Below, piece after piece: positions 9,214-18,121 of a stretch of 64,000 nucleotides of DNA. Both the position numbers and the translations under genes were made by a program. A model generated the notes under the pieces. That model worked only from the letters and a program-made list of their open reading frames with translations. It was not told the DNA's origin and searched no databases. Positions within the stretch are counted from its first letter, which is position 1; each line of letters opens with the position of its first letter. The stretch comes from a plasmid: the sequence record NZ_KX832927.1. One strand, given 5' to 3'.

Positions 9214-11154
9214 CTATCGTGCTGTGACTATTAAATTCGCACACATTTGAAGTATGGATTGCTCAATTTCATTGAATTTATTGATAAATATAGTGTTTTT
9301 ACCAAATATCCTCTTGAAATAGGCTTCGTTTGTCCCATCTTCGTTCAATACAAAGGTACAGACTTCTATTCCTTCGATTGTTGCTGAGTTGATGATTTCT
9401 TGAGTCTTATTATCATCATTAGGTTCTCCGTCAGTGATAATGAAAATCATCTTTTTCTTTTCCCTTGATAGAGCGATTTCGCTTATTACGGGAATCAAAC
9501 TTTCAGCCAATGGAGTAGAGCCTAAACATCCTTTGTGAGTAAAAACGCCTTGAGAAATACTTGCGCGAAGCGGTGTATATCTTGGCTTCATCGTTTGTAC
9601 TAGTAGTGAATTGGATTCTTCAACGTAAAAAGGAAATGCATAGCAAGCTGTTGAAACACCTGTGATATTTAACCCTTCCAATACTGCAATGACGGAAGAT
9701 AATGCAGCTCGAATACGGGATGTATCAAAGTGGTATTCATGCATTGAGGAACTAGTATCAAGTAAAATAGAACAAGCACAATTTGGGCTTTGGATAACAC
9801 TTTTAGTCTTAAAAATGTTAGTGTTTCCCGTTTTTACACCTGCTAATTTACTGGATTTAATTCTTGCGCCTTGCTCCTTTAACCGTGAAGTGGATGTAGT
9901 ATTATCATGGACTAATTTTTCAAATGACCGGCGTAATCTACATCCTGTATTCAAACTTCTCTTAATATCAAGTGAAGTTATTGTTTGTGTGGCTTGATTA
10001 AAATTTTTCTTCCACTCTGTGTTAATAATCGCAACGTTAAAAAAATCATTAACTATTCCCTTGGAACTCATATCCTTTTTAAGTTGTTCCGTATTCGAGA
10101 TTGTAGATGTTATATCTTGAATAACATTTTCATTTACACTATCGAATGAAACGTCCTTAAAAATATCGTTAAAACTCTCTGGATCTGAATCTAAGTCGTC
10201 AGTATCAGTTTCGGTTGAAACATTGACGTCATTAGGTCCATTTGAACTTTCACCCACACCAGAGCAGTCAGAGTTACCGGAACCGTCAGGGTCATTACCC
10301 TCAGAGTTACCGGAACCGTCAGGGTCATTACCCTCAGAGCTACCAGAACCGTCAGGGTCATTACCCTCAGAGTTACCGGAACCATCAGGGTCATTACCCT
10401 CAGAGTTACCAGAACCGTCAGGGTCATTACCTTCAGAGTTACCGGAACCATCAGGGTCATTACCCTCAGAGTTACCAGCATCGCCAGAGCTACCATTAGA
10501 GGGAGGTAACGTATCTTGTGGTTTGAGCTGAAGGGCTGTTGCTAGAACAATGAATAATTTTTTGGCAATCAGATTGTTATCGACAGTAGTTGTGGATAAA
10601 AGCACCATTTCTAATAATCTATCAACCTTGTCAGAAATTGCTATGGTAAAGATTGAAATGAATTGAAGTTTTAGTTCGTTAATGTTGTTAACAACGACTC
10701 CGTTGTATTTACTTCTACCATGCAGTAAAACATAGTTTATGAAAAACGTTATTTTTTCCTCAATGGAAATGACGGAGTTAATAGGTTTTTCTGTAAAAAC
10801 ATGTTGTCTGACGGCATCCAAGTAATACTTGGCACCACCATAAACATGCTCTAACTTTGATTCAATCCAGATATCTTCGCAAATATTTTCTAATACACTA
10901 ATATATTTATTGCCTGTTTGAGCAACAAATGAAAAATCAGTGAATTTGGCATGTCCAATTTCATGAATTAAAAAACCTAACAAAATATTACCGAAAGATG
11001 TATCAGTTGTGTAAGGAATCCCTATTTCATATTTACCACTTTCAGATACACCACAATACGCTTCGTCAGTAGTAAACTTAATTGAAATGTCAAATTTGCC
11101 AGCTAATACATTAGCAACGATTGCTAATGAGGCTGCACTTCTTAATTGTTTCAT
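9214..11154 (-). CDS. CobT-like protein (646 aa): N-terminal region with HExxH (HEIGH) motif, acidic tandem repeats (DPDGSGNSEGN x7), C-terminal von Willebrand factor A domain
   Basis: 'LIHEIGHAKF' zincin-like motif. Seven 11-aa repeats. VWA MIDAS motif 'LLDTSSSM' and 'IFIITDGEPND'. Paired with the AAA_5 ATPase gene upstream. Confidence 0.7.
   Translation of the reverse strand: MKQLRSAASLAIVANVLAGKFDISIKFTTDEAYCGVSESGKYEIGIPYTTDTSFGNILLGFLIHEIGHAKFTDFSFVAQTGNKYISVLENICEDIWIESKLEHVYGGAKYYLDAVRQHVFTEKPINSVISIEEKITFFINYVLLHGRSKYNGVVVNNINELKLQFISIFTIAISDKVDRLLEMVLLSTTTVDNNLIAKKLFIVLATALQLKPQDTLPPSNGSSGDAGNSEGNDPDGSGNSEGNDPDGSGNSEGNDPDGSGNSEGNDPDGSGSSEGNDPDGSGNSEGNDPDGSGNSDCSGVGESSNGPNDVNVSTETDTDDLDSDPESFNDIFKDVSFDSVNENVIQDITSTISNTEQLKKDMSSKGIVNDFFNVAIINTEWKKNFNQATQTITSLDIKRSLNTGCRLRRSFEKLVHDNTTSTSRLKEQGARIKSSKLAGVKTGNTNIFKTKSVIQSPNCACSILLDTSSSMHEYHFDTSRIRAALSSVIAVLEGLNITGVSTACYAFPFYVEESNSLLVQTMKPRYTPLRASISQGVFTHKGCLGSTPLAESLIPVISEIALSREKKKMIFIITDGEPNDDNKTQEIINSATIEGIEVCTFVLNEDGTNEAYFKRIFGKNTIFINKFNEIEQSILQMCANLIVTAR
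10268..10498. repeat. Perfect to near-perfect 33-bp tandem repeat array (about 7 copies) inside the VWA-protein gene
   Basis: Unit 'cagagttaccggaaccgtcagggtcattaccct' repeated head-to-tail. Encodes 'DPDGSGNSEGN' on the minus strand. Confidence 0.9.
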
Positions 11155-11173
11155 ATATATACCTATTTAAATA

Positions 11174-11202
11174 AAAACGCCTGAATAAATTCAGGCGTTA
11201 GT
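11174..11202 (-). terminator. Rho-independent terminator
   Basis: Hairpin 'aacgcctgaa taaat tcaggcgtt' followed by T-rich sequence on the minus strand. Confidence 0.5.
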
Positions 11203-11218
11203 TTGGTTTCCCATATTA

Positions 11219-12406
11219 TTAGTAGAAAAATGGAACATCCTGATTTTCATCTTCAACACTAAAGGATGAATTTACAGGTAGATCCGAAGAAACTACTTCA
11301 GGTTCTGATTGAACATCAATTGGTGTCGGAGTTGGTGTCGTATTTTCTACAACATCTTGACTCACATTCGGCACTGTAACCGTTTGTGAGTTTTCGGCGA
11401 CATTCACAATGTTTAAATCGTTTTCTGTTGGTTCAGCATCATCATCTTCATCGACTATAATTTCAATGAAATCACTATCAGTATTACCCGTTACAGGTAC
11501 TGAAGTTGGTATGGCAGTTGATAAATCAATGTTGTTTGTAGTTTGTGGTAAAACAGTTAATTCCACATCTGATACATCGTTCAAATTGGTGGAGTTTATT
11601 AACTGTTTCAAAGTTTTAATGTCTGATAACGTAATAAAAAGTGTTGTTACGGCAATTGATTCGTCATTAGACAATCTACCAACGCTTGGCAACGTTGAAA
11701 TAAAGTTACTCAAATAATCACTTAAACTGCCAGCATCTGGATTTAATACAGCTAATCCTTTCAGCTTACTTGCAACTTCTCGTAACGTATTGAGTGTAGT
11801 TTGAGATATGTTTGATGCATTGTATGAGCCACGTTCCCGTAACTCAGAAATTCTATCAACAACATCAAGCAGGACAGATTCTTTAAGGCTTTGTACTTTT
11901 TCTTCTGACTCGCCTTCACCAAAGGGTGAAATATTGAAAGAAGAAAAACCAAATTGTAGCTTTTCATCTAACCGTTTGACGTCAATAACTTCGGACTCAA
12001 ACAGTTTTTTTACAGTTTCATCTTCTTTATCTAACCATGAAAGAAAATCAGTTGATATAGCGGATAAAAACTCATTTTTGAATATATAGAATTGGTCCTT
12101 TAAATCATTTAGCTGCTGCCTTACGTGACTTGCAAGTGAAGTCGGCACTGCATACCCGTTCAAGAATGGAACACCATATTTTGAACAGATTGCATCAGCA
12201 CCAGTACGAAAGGTACGCATTTTGTTGATTTTTGCAGGGTCAATAACCTTTTTGGTTCCGAGGCTGGCTATTGTTTCGGGAGGCAGAACTATATCTCCAG
12301 TGTTAATAACCTTAATATCTTTACCTTTAAGTGTTTTTCTTCCAGTAGTTAAACGGATACCTTCCAGAGAAAAAATTACTACATTTTCAAGAATGTTTGG
12401 GCTCAT
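11219..12406 (-). CDS. Hypothetical protein (395 aa) with an acidic C-terminus, located between the CobS-like and CobT-like genes
   Basis: Long ORF with coding-like composition. No recognisable motifs. Flanked by terminators. Confidence 0.55.
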   Translation of the reverse strand: MSPNILENVVIFSLEGIRLTTGRKTLKGKDIKVINTGDIVLPPETIASLGTKKVIDPAKINKMRTFRTGADAICSKYGVPFLNGYAVPTSLASHVRQQLNDLKDQFYIFKNEFLSAISTDFLSWLDKEDETVKKLFESEVIDVKRLDEKLQFGFSSFNISPFGEGESEEKVQSLKESVLLDVVDRISELRERGSYNASNISQTTLNTLREVASKLKGLAVLNPDAGSLSDYLSNFISTLPSVGRLSNDESIAVTTLFITLSDIKTLKQLINSTNLNDVSDVELTVLPQTTNNIDLSTAIPTSVPVTGNTDSDFIEIIVDEDDDAEPTENDLNIVNVAENSQTVTVPNVSQDVVENTTPTPTPIDVQSEPEVVSSDLPVNSSFSVEDENQDVPFFY

Positions 12407-12504
12407 AAATTCACCTACATATTTATATATTTAAAAAAGGCAAATAGATAAATCTATTTACCTTGTCGATTTATTAATAATTAAAATTAAAAATAAGATT
12501 TGAA

Positions 12505-13512
12505 TTAAGATTTAAAATAAACATTAAACATATCGTTCAATGCTATTTTTTCATCTTCAGGAGCTCTGTTAGAGATATGTAATTGCCATGCATCTAACAG
12601 AATATCTACCGGTGGTTGTTTAGAACGAAGCATAAAATCGAAACGGCGAACAACATTCACAAGGCTTCTAGTTGAAATAGCGGTACTACTGAAGCTAGTG
12701 ACTGTCGCAGATGTACTTTTACGTACATCGTTAGCCAGCTTTATCAGCCCATCCGTCAGTAACTGATGTGATTCAGGATCAGACAAAAATGAAGCAAGTA
12801 GCTTACGTTCTTCTTTTTCGGGCATATAGTCAGCCTCAACAAACATAAACCTATCGAGGTTGGCTATATTCTGTGGTTTTACACCACTGTAATTTCCTGT
12901 CATATCACCGGTCCCATTACTGTTTGCAGTTACTGCAAATCTAAAGTTTTCATGGTGATGAATGCATTCATTTGTTTCAGGAATGACAAGAGAACCCATC
13001 TCTAAGATCCCGTTGAGGGAGTTAGCTACGGAAGGTTCTAATTGGTCATACTCATCAATCAGAAAAACCAACCCATGCTTATACGCGATGGTTAGCGGTC
13101 CTTCATGAAAGACGGTTTCTTGATCACCCGTTAATTTATCGACCTTTAGGCGAAAACTACCGAGTAAGCTACTCATATCAAGATCAGGACTGGCTGTTAC
13201 TTTCATCAATCCCCAATTCATACGAGCAGCAATTTGCTCAACTATTGAAGATTTTCCACAGCCAGTAGGTCCAGAAATCCAGAGTGATGTATCTAATGGG
13301 TTATCAAACCACATTAATACATGCTTTCTGAGTGAAGGTTCAAACACATACTTCTCATTAAATTTCGGGATATACTCTGAAAATTGATGGTCATTAGAAA
13401 AACCCTTGATACTATATTTGCCCTTTAAATTCTCAGGCAGAATAATACCTAAAGATTCCATATCGACCGGAGTGTTACGTTTAATATCAAAACTGTTATT
13501 TACAGCGTTCAT
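12505..13512 (-). CDS. CobS/MoxR-like AAA+ ATPase (AAA_5 family, 335 aa)
   Basis: Walker A 'GPTGCGKSS', Walker B 'VFLIDEYD'. The size and domain order match CobS-type ATPases that pair with VWA proteins. Confidence 0.8.
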   Translation of the reverse strand: MNAVNNSFDIKRNTPVDMESLGIILPENLKGKYSIKGFSNDHQFSEYIPKFNEKYVFEPSLRKHVLMWFDNPLDTSLWISGPTGCGKSSIVEQIAARMNWGLMKVTASPDLDMSSLLGSFRLKVDKLTGDQETVFHEGPLTIAYKHGLVFLIDEYDQLEPSVANSLNGILEMGSLVIPETNECIHHHENFRFAVTANSNGTGDMTGNYSGVKPQNIANLDRFMFVEADYMPEKEERKLLASFLSDPESHQLLTDGLIKLANDVRKSTSATVTSFSSTAISTRSLVNVVRRFDFMLRSKQPPVDILLDAWQLHISNRAPEDEKIALNDMFNVYFKS

Positions 13513-13565
13513 ATATTTACCTATTTAAATAATAAACATTCAAATTAATTTGAGGTTTAAGTTTG

Positions 13566-13934
13566 TTAAATTGAACAATTAACAACACCGCAATGACGTT
13601 GACTTTTTAATATCTCGCCATTCACAAATGTTGTTACTTGTTTTACGTTAGTCATGTAAGTTTCAATATCAAAATCTCTCATGCTTTTAGTAATAAAAGG
13701 AATGAGAAATGATTTTCCACCAATAAGACATTTATTTGTTTTGTATTTAACACTTAGGAAATCAGCAAACAAAGCAATGTTATTTGCTTGGTTTAATAAA
13801 TCATTTCTTTCAGTGTTTGTGACACGTAATAACATACGAAGTTTTTCATTTTCATCTTGAGTTAAATCAATAACGCCAAAACTTTTCTGTTCATCGGATG
13901 CAGCATAAGTTGTCATATTAATGATATTATTCAT
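13566..13934 (-). CDS. Hypothetical protein (122 aa)
   Basis: ORF with an upstream SD-like 'taggt' context. No motifs recognised. Confidence 0.45.
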   Translation of the reverse strand: MNNIINMTTYAASDEQKSFGVIDLTQDENEKLRMLLRVTNTERNDLLNQANNIALFADFLSVKYKTNKCLIGGKSFLIPFITKSMRDFDIETYMTNVKQVTTFVNGEILKSQRHCGVVNCSI

Positions 13935-13971
13935 TGATAGTCCTTAACGCCTGAATTAAAACTCAGGGTTA

Positions 13972-15078
13972 TTATAAATAATTATATATATCTATTATTG
14001 AATCACCTTTCTGACGGTTTTCATTGTCATAATGATTATCAGAAGGTGATATTGAATTGGAAGAATGATATTCATAACTTGTTATTGATGTTTTAATTGA
14101 CGACTCACCATAACAATCAGGATGATCTTCTTCATTGATACCTAATTTCTCTCTTAGCTTCTTCCAAGAAAACCGTGGAGCGCTGTGAGATTCTAAATAT
14201 CGAATACCAAAGCCTTCAAGCCTCAAGGGAGCATTAGGTTGTAACTTTAATACAGATGAGAAAACCTTTATTTCATTTCTTATCTGTTCATCAAATGATG
14301 CTACTTTTTCTTTAGCTTCATTCAATTGTTTTTGTGCTAATTGAAATGCAGATTGTAATTCAACTAACTTTTTTGTGCGTGAAATTAAATCTTCAGGGTT
14401 AATATTACGTTCTTTTAGTACATCATCACTATTTAAATAAATTATATCCTTATTTACATCAAACTCAGGAGGCGTTTTGTTATTAACGCAATTCCAGAAT
14501 CTTTTAGTGATGGTAACAACCTTATTTATTATTTTGTCATTAATTTTTAATTTAAAGACAAGAGGTGTTTCTTTAGCAGACCAGAATACCAAGTACCCAT
14601 ATGTGCTGCCAGTAACTACCATTTGATGATAAACCTGCCATTTGTAATAGTTGAAAATTGAAGATTTTGCTTTTTCTTCTAATAACAAACGGTGGTTTTT
14701 TGGGGATATATTTTTGAACTCTACAACATCATTATTTTCAATAAGTCCATCAAGTGAGGCTATCATGTGCGGATATTTCCTACTTCGCACACAACAAGGA
14801 CTACTGATTTCCCCATACTGATTTTCAAACCAGTGTCGGGCGAACTGTTCGGATAGCTTCCCTACTTCAACTTGCCGTATACATGACAAATCCTTTGGTG
14901 GAATAGCTCCGATCCATTCTAAATATAAGCTGTAAGGAGTATTGCTGAACTCATTTTTAACGTCGGGATTAAGAGTGGGGGTACACGTAGCTGTTACACC
15001 CGTTTTTCTCCAGCTTAACCATTTATCAGAACCTTGAATGAGATCATATATATCGAAATTATTCATATTAATATCCAA
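13972..15078 (-). CDS. exo: YqaJ/lambda-Exo-like PD-(D/E)xK exonuclease (phage-type recombination exonuclease) with a C-terminal coiled-coil extension
   Basis: N-terminal 'GSDKWLSWRK...' resembles the YqaJ domain start. Directly downstream of recT. The ORF-track start is TTG; an ATG at 15064-15066 gives an alternative start. Confidence 0.65.
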   Translation of the reverse strand: MDINMNNFDIYDLIQGSDKWLSWRKTGVTATCTPTLNPDVKNEFSNTPYSLYLEWIGAIPPKDLSCIRQVEVGKLSEQFARHWFENQYGEISSPCCVRSRKYPHMIASLDGLIENNDVVEFKNISPKNHRLLLEEKAKSSIFNYYKWQVYHQMVVTGSTYGYLVFWSAKETPLVFKLKINDKIINKVVTITKRFWNCVNNKTPPEFDVNKDIIYLNSDDVLKERNINPEDLISRTKKLVELQSAFQLAQKQLNEAKEKVASFDEQIRNEIKVFSSVLKLQPNAPLRLEGFGIRYLESHSAPRFSWKKLREKLGINEEDHPDCYGESSIKTSITSYEYHSSNSISPSDNHYDNENRQKGDSIIDIYNYL

Positions 15079-15101
15079 AACCCGTAGATAAACTACGGGT
15101 C
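15079..15101 (-). terminator. Hairpin between recT and exo (terminator or attenuator)
   Basis: 'cccgtag ataaa ctacggg'. Confidence 0.4.
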
Positions 15102-15114
15102 CGGTTGATATCTA

Positions 15115-16404
15115 TTAATTCTGCTCAATAGTACGCAAAATATAATCAGATAACGGTTTAAATTCGATAATAGACAACTTATTTATAAGTGGTGCCATAT
15201 CGCTTTGTTTTTTACAATCAGAGAATAACTGTCGGCAACAAGCTAAATCAGATTTAACTTGCTCAAGTGTTTTTATAAATGCTACTTGATCTGAGCCTGA
15301 AACAGTTGAAATGAAATTATCAACATCTTTAAAATCATTATTCTGGATTGCATTAGATAGTATTTTATTAAATACATTCTTTCTTTCTGCTATTAATTCT
15401 TCCTTTGCATATTCAATTTCTGTAGGATTAAACTCAAAGTTATTTGAGATTTCATCAAGCATACTTTCAAATGCATTGGTCTTGCTGCACCGTTCAACTA
15501 GCTTGTCAATCCGCCGTTTCACTCCATTACGAATGACATCAACTACAATAGCCTCAGACACGTTTTTAGACGAGTCTGTTACTACTGCTGAGTCTTGGTC
15601 AGTAAATGCGTGTACAGCTTCATAACTAGTTGTTTCGAGCGAAACAGGACGATTTTGAGTAAAACCCTCACCCCCATCTGTATTCAGATAATCAATTGTT
15701 CGCATGATTGCCTGATTAGCGTTAGGAAGTAAGTGTATACAGGATTTGATAGCAGTTTTTCTGATCATCTGTGTAGTAAACAACGACCACGGAGATTTAT
15801 CAGGACTATACAGCCAACTTGCAGATTTTAAACGGGCACTTGCAATATCACGTCTGGTTATGAAGTAAATCAAGTGAGTATCGTCATGCAGAAGGTAGTC
15901 AACATATACCCCCCTGAAATTACCTCTTTCACCGATTGAGCCTTTGTCGAATTGGTCTATAAGAATATTTCCAACATCTGCAAAAGGGTCATAGTGATGT
16001 GTTGGTGGTGTCCGTCTGCCATTGAACTCAAACTTATCTTTTTCAAAAACTAAATCTATAATTAAGTTTTTACACATTTGAGCTTCAATAGCCATTTTTA
16101 TTAACCCCAAATACGAGACATCAAGAATAACACGCTCATCTCTGGGTACTAAGTATGCTAATTTTTGAGCAGGGTCTAACGTTAGTGACGTTGTTGCAAG
16201 CTGTAAAAATGCAGTTTTAAAACTAGCGGGATTATTAATAGCAATCGCCATTAGTTTTTTGTTGTTATCAATCTGATTCTTAGCAAAAATTGCTTCATTA
16301 AAATACGATGCTTCACTAAGGGAGTTCTCAGTAAATTTCGGTTTTAAACTTGCAATTATGTTAGAAACAGCTTTGCTACCTTGAACTATATTCGATGATG
16401 ACAT
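15115..16404 (-). CDS. recT: RecT/Bet-family single-strand annealing protein (429 aa, with C-terminal extension)
   Basis: Core resembles RecT: 'LVPRDERVILDVSYLGLIKMA...SPWSLFTTQMIRKTAIKSCIH'. Paired with the YqaJ-like exonuclease, as in the SXT/IncC bet-exo modules. Confidence 0.75.
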   Translation of the reverse strand: MSSSNIVQGSKAVSNIIASLKPKFTENSLSEASYFNEAIFAKNQIDNNKKLMAIAINNPASFKTAFLQLATTSLTLDPAQKLAYLVPRDERVILDVSYLGLIKMAIEAQMCKNLIIDLVFEKDKFEFNGRRTPPTHHYDPFADVGNILIDQFDKGSIGERGNFRGVYVDYLLHDDTHLIYFITRRDIASARLKSASWLYSPDKSPWSLFTTQMIRKTAIKSCIHLLPNANQAIMRTIDYLNTDGGEGFTQNRPVSLETTSYEAVHAFTDQDSAVVTDSSKNVSEAIVVDVIRNGVKRRIDKLVERCSKTNAFESMLDEISNNFEFNPTEIEYAKEELIAERKNVFNKILSNAIQNNDFKDVDNFISTVSGSDQVAFIKTLEQVKSDLACCRQLFSDCKKQSDMAPLINKLSIIEFKPLSDYILRTIEQN

Positions 16405-16481
16405 ATATAAGATACCTATTTAAGAAACAAAAAAACCGCATATAGCGGCTATTGTTTGAATTGGAATTGATGAATATTAGT

Positions 16482-16979
16482 TCAAATAGATTTTTTACTA
16501 TCTAATGAACTTAATAATTGGCTTTTTAACAATAGCTGATTATTATCATATTTATTTTCTTCCAATTTTTTATTTGATTCATCAAGCGAATTTCTGGATT
16601 TATTAAAGTTTAATATATCCGTTAACTCTCTGATGCGTTCTAAACTTCTAACGCGCTGTTGTCTTGCTTCTTCATCTATTTCAACCTCTGATTTCGTTTG
16701 ATAAGTATTAACGCCATTGATTGATAATATAAATGGAAGAATATAGAATCTTTCTTTAACAATATTGTTAATTACAGATTCTTTTAATTTAACCTCACCC
16801 TTTGCAAATATCGTATCATTGCTTTTTGCATTTGATAATATCTCTGCAAGTTTGGTGTCCTTACAAACTATATGAAAGTAAGCACTTTGATCTTCAAGCA
16901 TGACATCATAAACTATTTTGTCTTTTACTTGAGTCGAGCGAATAATATTTATTTTACCTGAGAATGATAATTCACACAT
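16482..16979 (-). CDS. Hypothetical protein (165 aa), possible OB-fold/SSB-like protein upstream of recT
   Basis: Position matches ssb in the SXT ssb-bet-exo module. N-terminal beta-rich region 'SFSGKINIIRSTQVKDKIVYDVML'. Assignment is weak. Confidence 0.35.
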   Translation of the reverse strand: MCELSFSGKINIIRSTQVKDKIVYDVMLEDQSAYFHIVCKDTKLAEILSNAKSNDTIFAKGEVKLKESVINNIVKERFYILPFILSINGVNTYQTKSEVEIDEEARQQRVRSLERIRELTDILNFNKSRNSLDESNKKLEENKYDNNQLLLKSQLLSSLDSKKSI

Positions 16980-17109
16980 ATTTTCACCTATTTATTTAAT
17001 AAGAGACACATAATTAAAACTATGAGCTCAGAGTTTTTGAATAAAGTATATTCAATGATTGATTATATTTTATTAGGGCGTAGAAAAGCCTTGACTGTTA
17101 AGCGTGATG

Positions 17110-17838
17110 CTAAACAGTTGTGATTAACCAGAAAGATCTCCGTTTGGGAGCTGCCAGTTTCTCACTACCGAGTCGGTTTCCTGACTCATCAATTATACGG
17201 GCATATTCAACAACTTCTTCACGCTCTTTTTTGAGAGTGATGAAATCACCTTTCTGCACCGTTGAGTTAGCAATTGCATCTGCCAGACCTAAACCCCAAA
17301 TGATATCTTCATCAATACGAACGTAATAGGACCGTCTGTTTTGAGGTTTGAACTGGTAGTGCGCTACTCCGAAATCACGTAAAATACCGTGGTATTCTTT
17401 GTGAGAACCCTTTCGACAGTCGTTAGAAGATGAAAGCTGTGCTTCGTTTCTATCCAATCTATCGCTATTTGAGGCGCAAATTTCCGGATAATTATTGCTT
17501 GAGTCGTCTTTTTGCTCACAATCGTGTGCAATCATTAACTCGTGTGAAGTTGGAACTTCAGCGTTTGGATATAGGTTCACATCATCGGCATTGCGAAAAT
17601 GTGCCTTTCGTCTATTTAGCTGATCTCTATTGCGTTTATTCAGATACAAAATCATGAAGATAGTTGTACTGATAGCAATCGAAACCAGATTTTTAGTGCT
17701 AAAACTTTCTACGTTTGGTAGTGATCCATCCCACAAAAACACAAGCGCAAACATTATTGAAGCGTATGCAACCGTGAATTTATAGTTCAGGCAGGCGTGA
17801 ACAAGCACACCAATCACTAGTATTGATATGATTAACAT
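17110..17838 (-). CDS. Membrane protein (242 aa): N-terminal transmembrane helices plus a C-terminal soluble domain
   Basis: Two or three hydrophobic helices at the N-terminus. C-terminal domain 'YVRIDEDIIWGLGLADAIANSTVQKGDFITLKKEREEVVEYARIIDE'. Confidence 0.5.
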   Translation of the reverse strand: MLIISILVIGVLVHACLNYKFTVAYASIMFALVFLWDGSLPNVESFSTKNLVSIAISTTIFMILYLNKRNRDQLNRRKAHFRNADDVNLYPNAEVPTSHELMIAHDCEQKDDSSNNYPEICASNSDRLDRNEAQLSSSNDCRKGSHKEYHGILRDFGVAHYQFKPQNRRSYYVRIDEDIIWGLGLADAIANSTVQKGDFITLKKEREEVVEYARIIDESGNRLGSEKLAAPKRRSFWLITTV

Positions 17839-18121
17839 ATAATTTACCTTCGTAAACTTGGGTATTATTGGAGAGTTTAAAACCGTTAGTAGTCAAAACT
17901 ACTTCGGGGGAGCGAGGGATTATTGAAATCTCTCTGAATTGAACTATGAGTTAACATAGCTAGAGGTAGTGTCAATCAGACACTTGTAACGGAACTATTC
18001 TGTTTCAAAAAAACTAAGAATGCAAGTCCCTTTTTTGATTGCAATTTTTGTTGCTATCATGAAAAGATCTTTTTTATTGGTACGTATAATGAAGGTCTTT
18101 GAAACCGGTTTTGGAGAAAAT

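Noticed and set aside
9056-9244. 62-aa minus-strand ORF in the traF upstream region
   Set aside because: It lies across the terminator hairpin and promoter region between the VWA gene and traF. Its composition is AT-rich non-coding-like.
10268-10498. Possible CRISPR array, because of the regular repeats
   Set aside because: The repeats are contiguous with no spacers, they are 33 bp in-frame coding units, and there are no cas genes. This is a protein-coding tandem repeat.
10191-10531. Three overlapping ORFs (101, 102 and 85 aa) on both strands across the repeat array
   Set aside because: They are alternative frames of the 33-bp tandem repeat inside the VWA-protein gene. The translations are repetitive low-complexity and lie within a convincing longer gene.
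17839-18019. Possible oriT in the intergenic region with a short inverted repeat 'agtagtcaaaactact'
   Set aside because: Only a 6-bp stem, with no recognisable nick-site consensus for MobH relaxases. There is insufficient evidence to call an oriT anywhere in the window.
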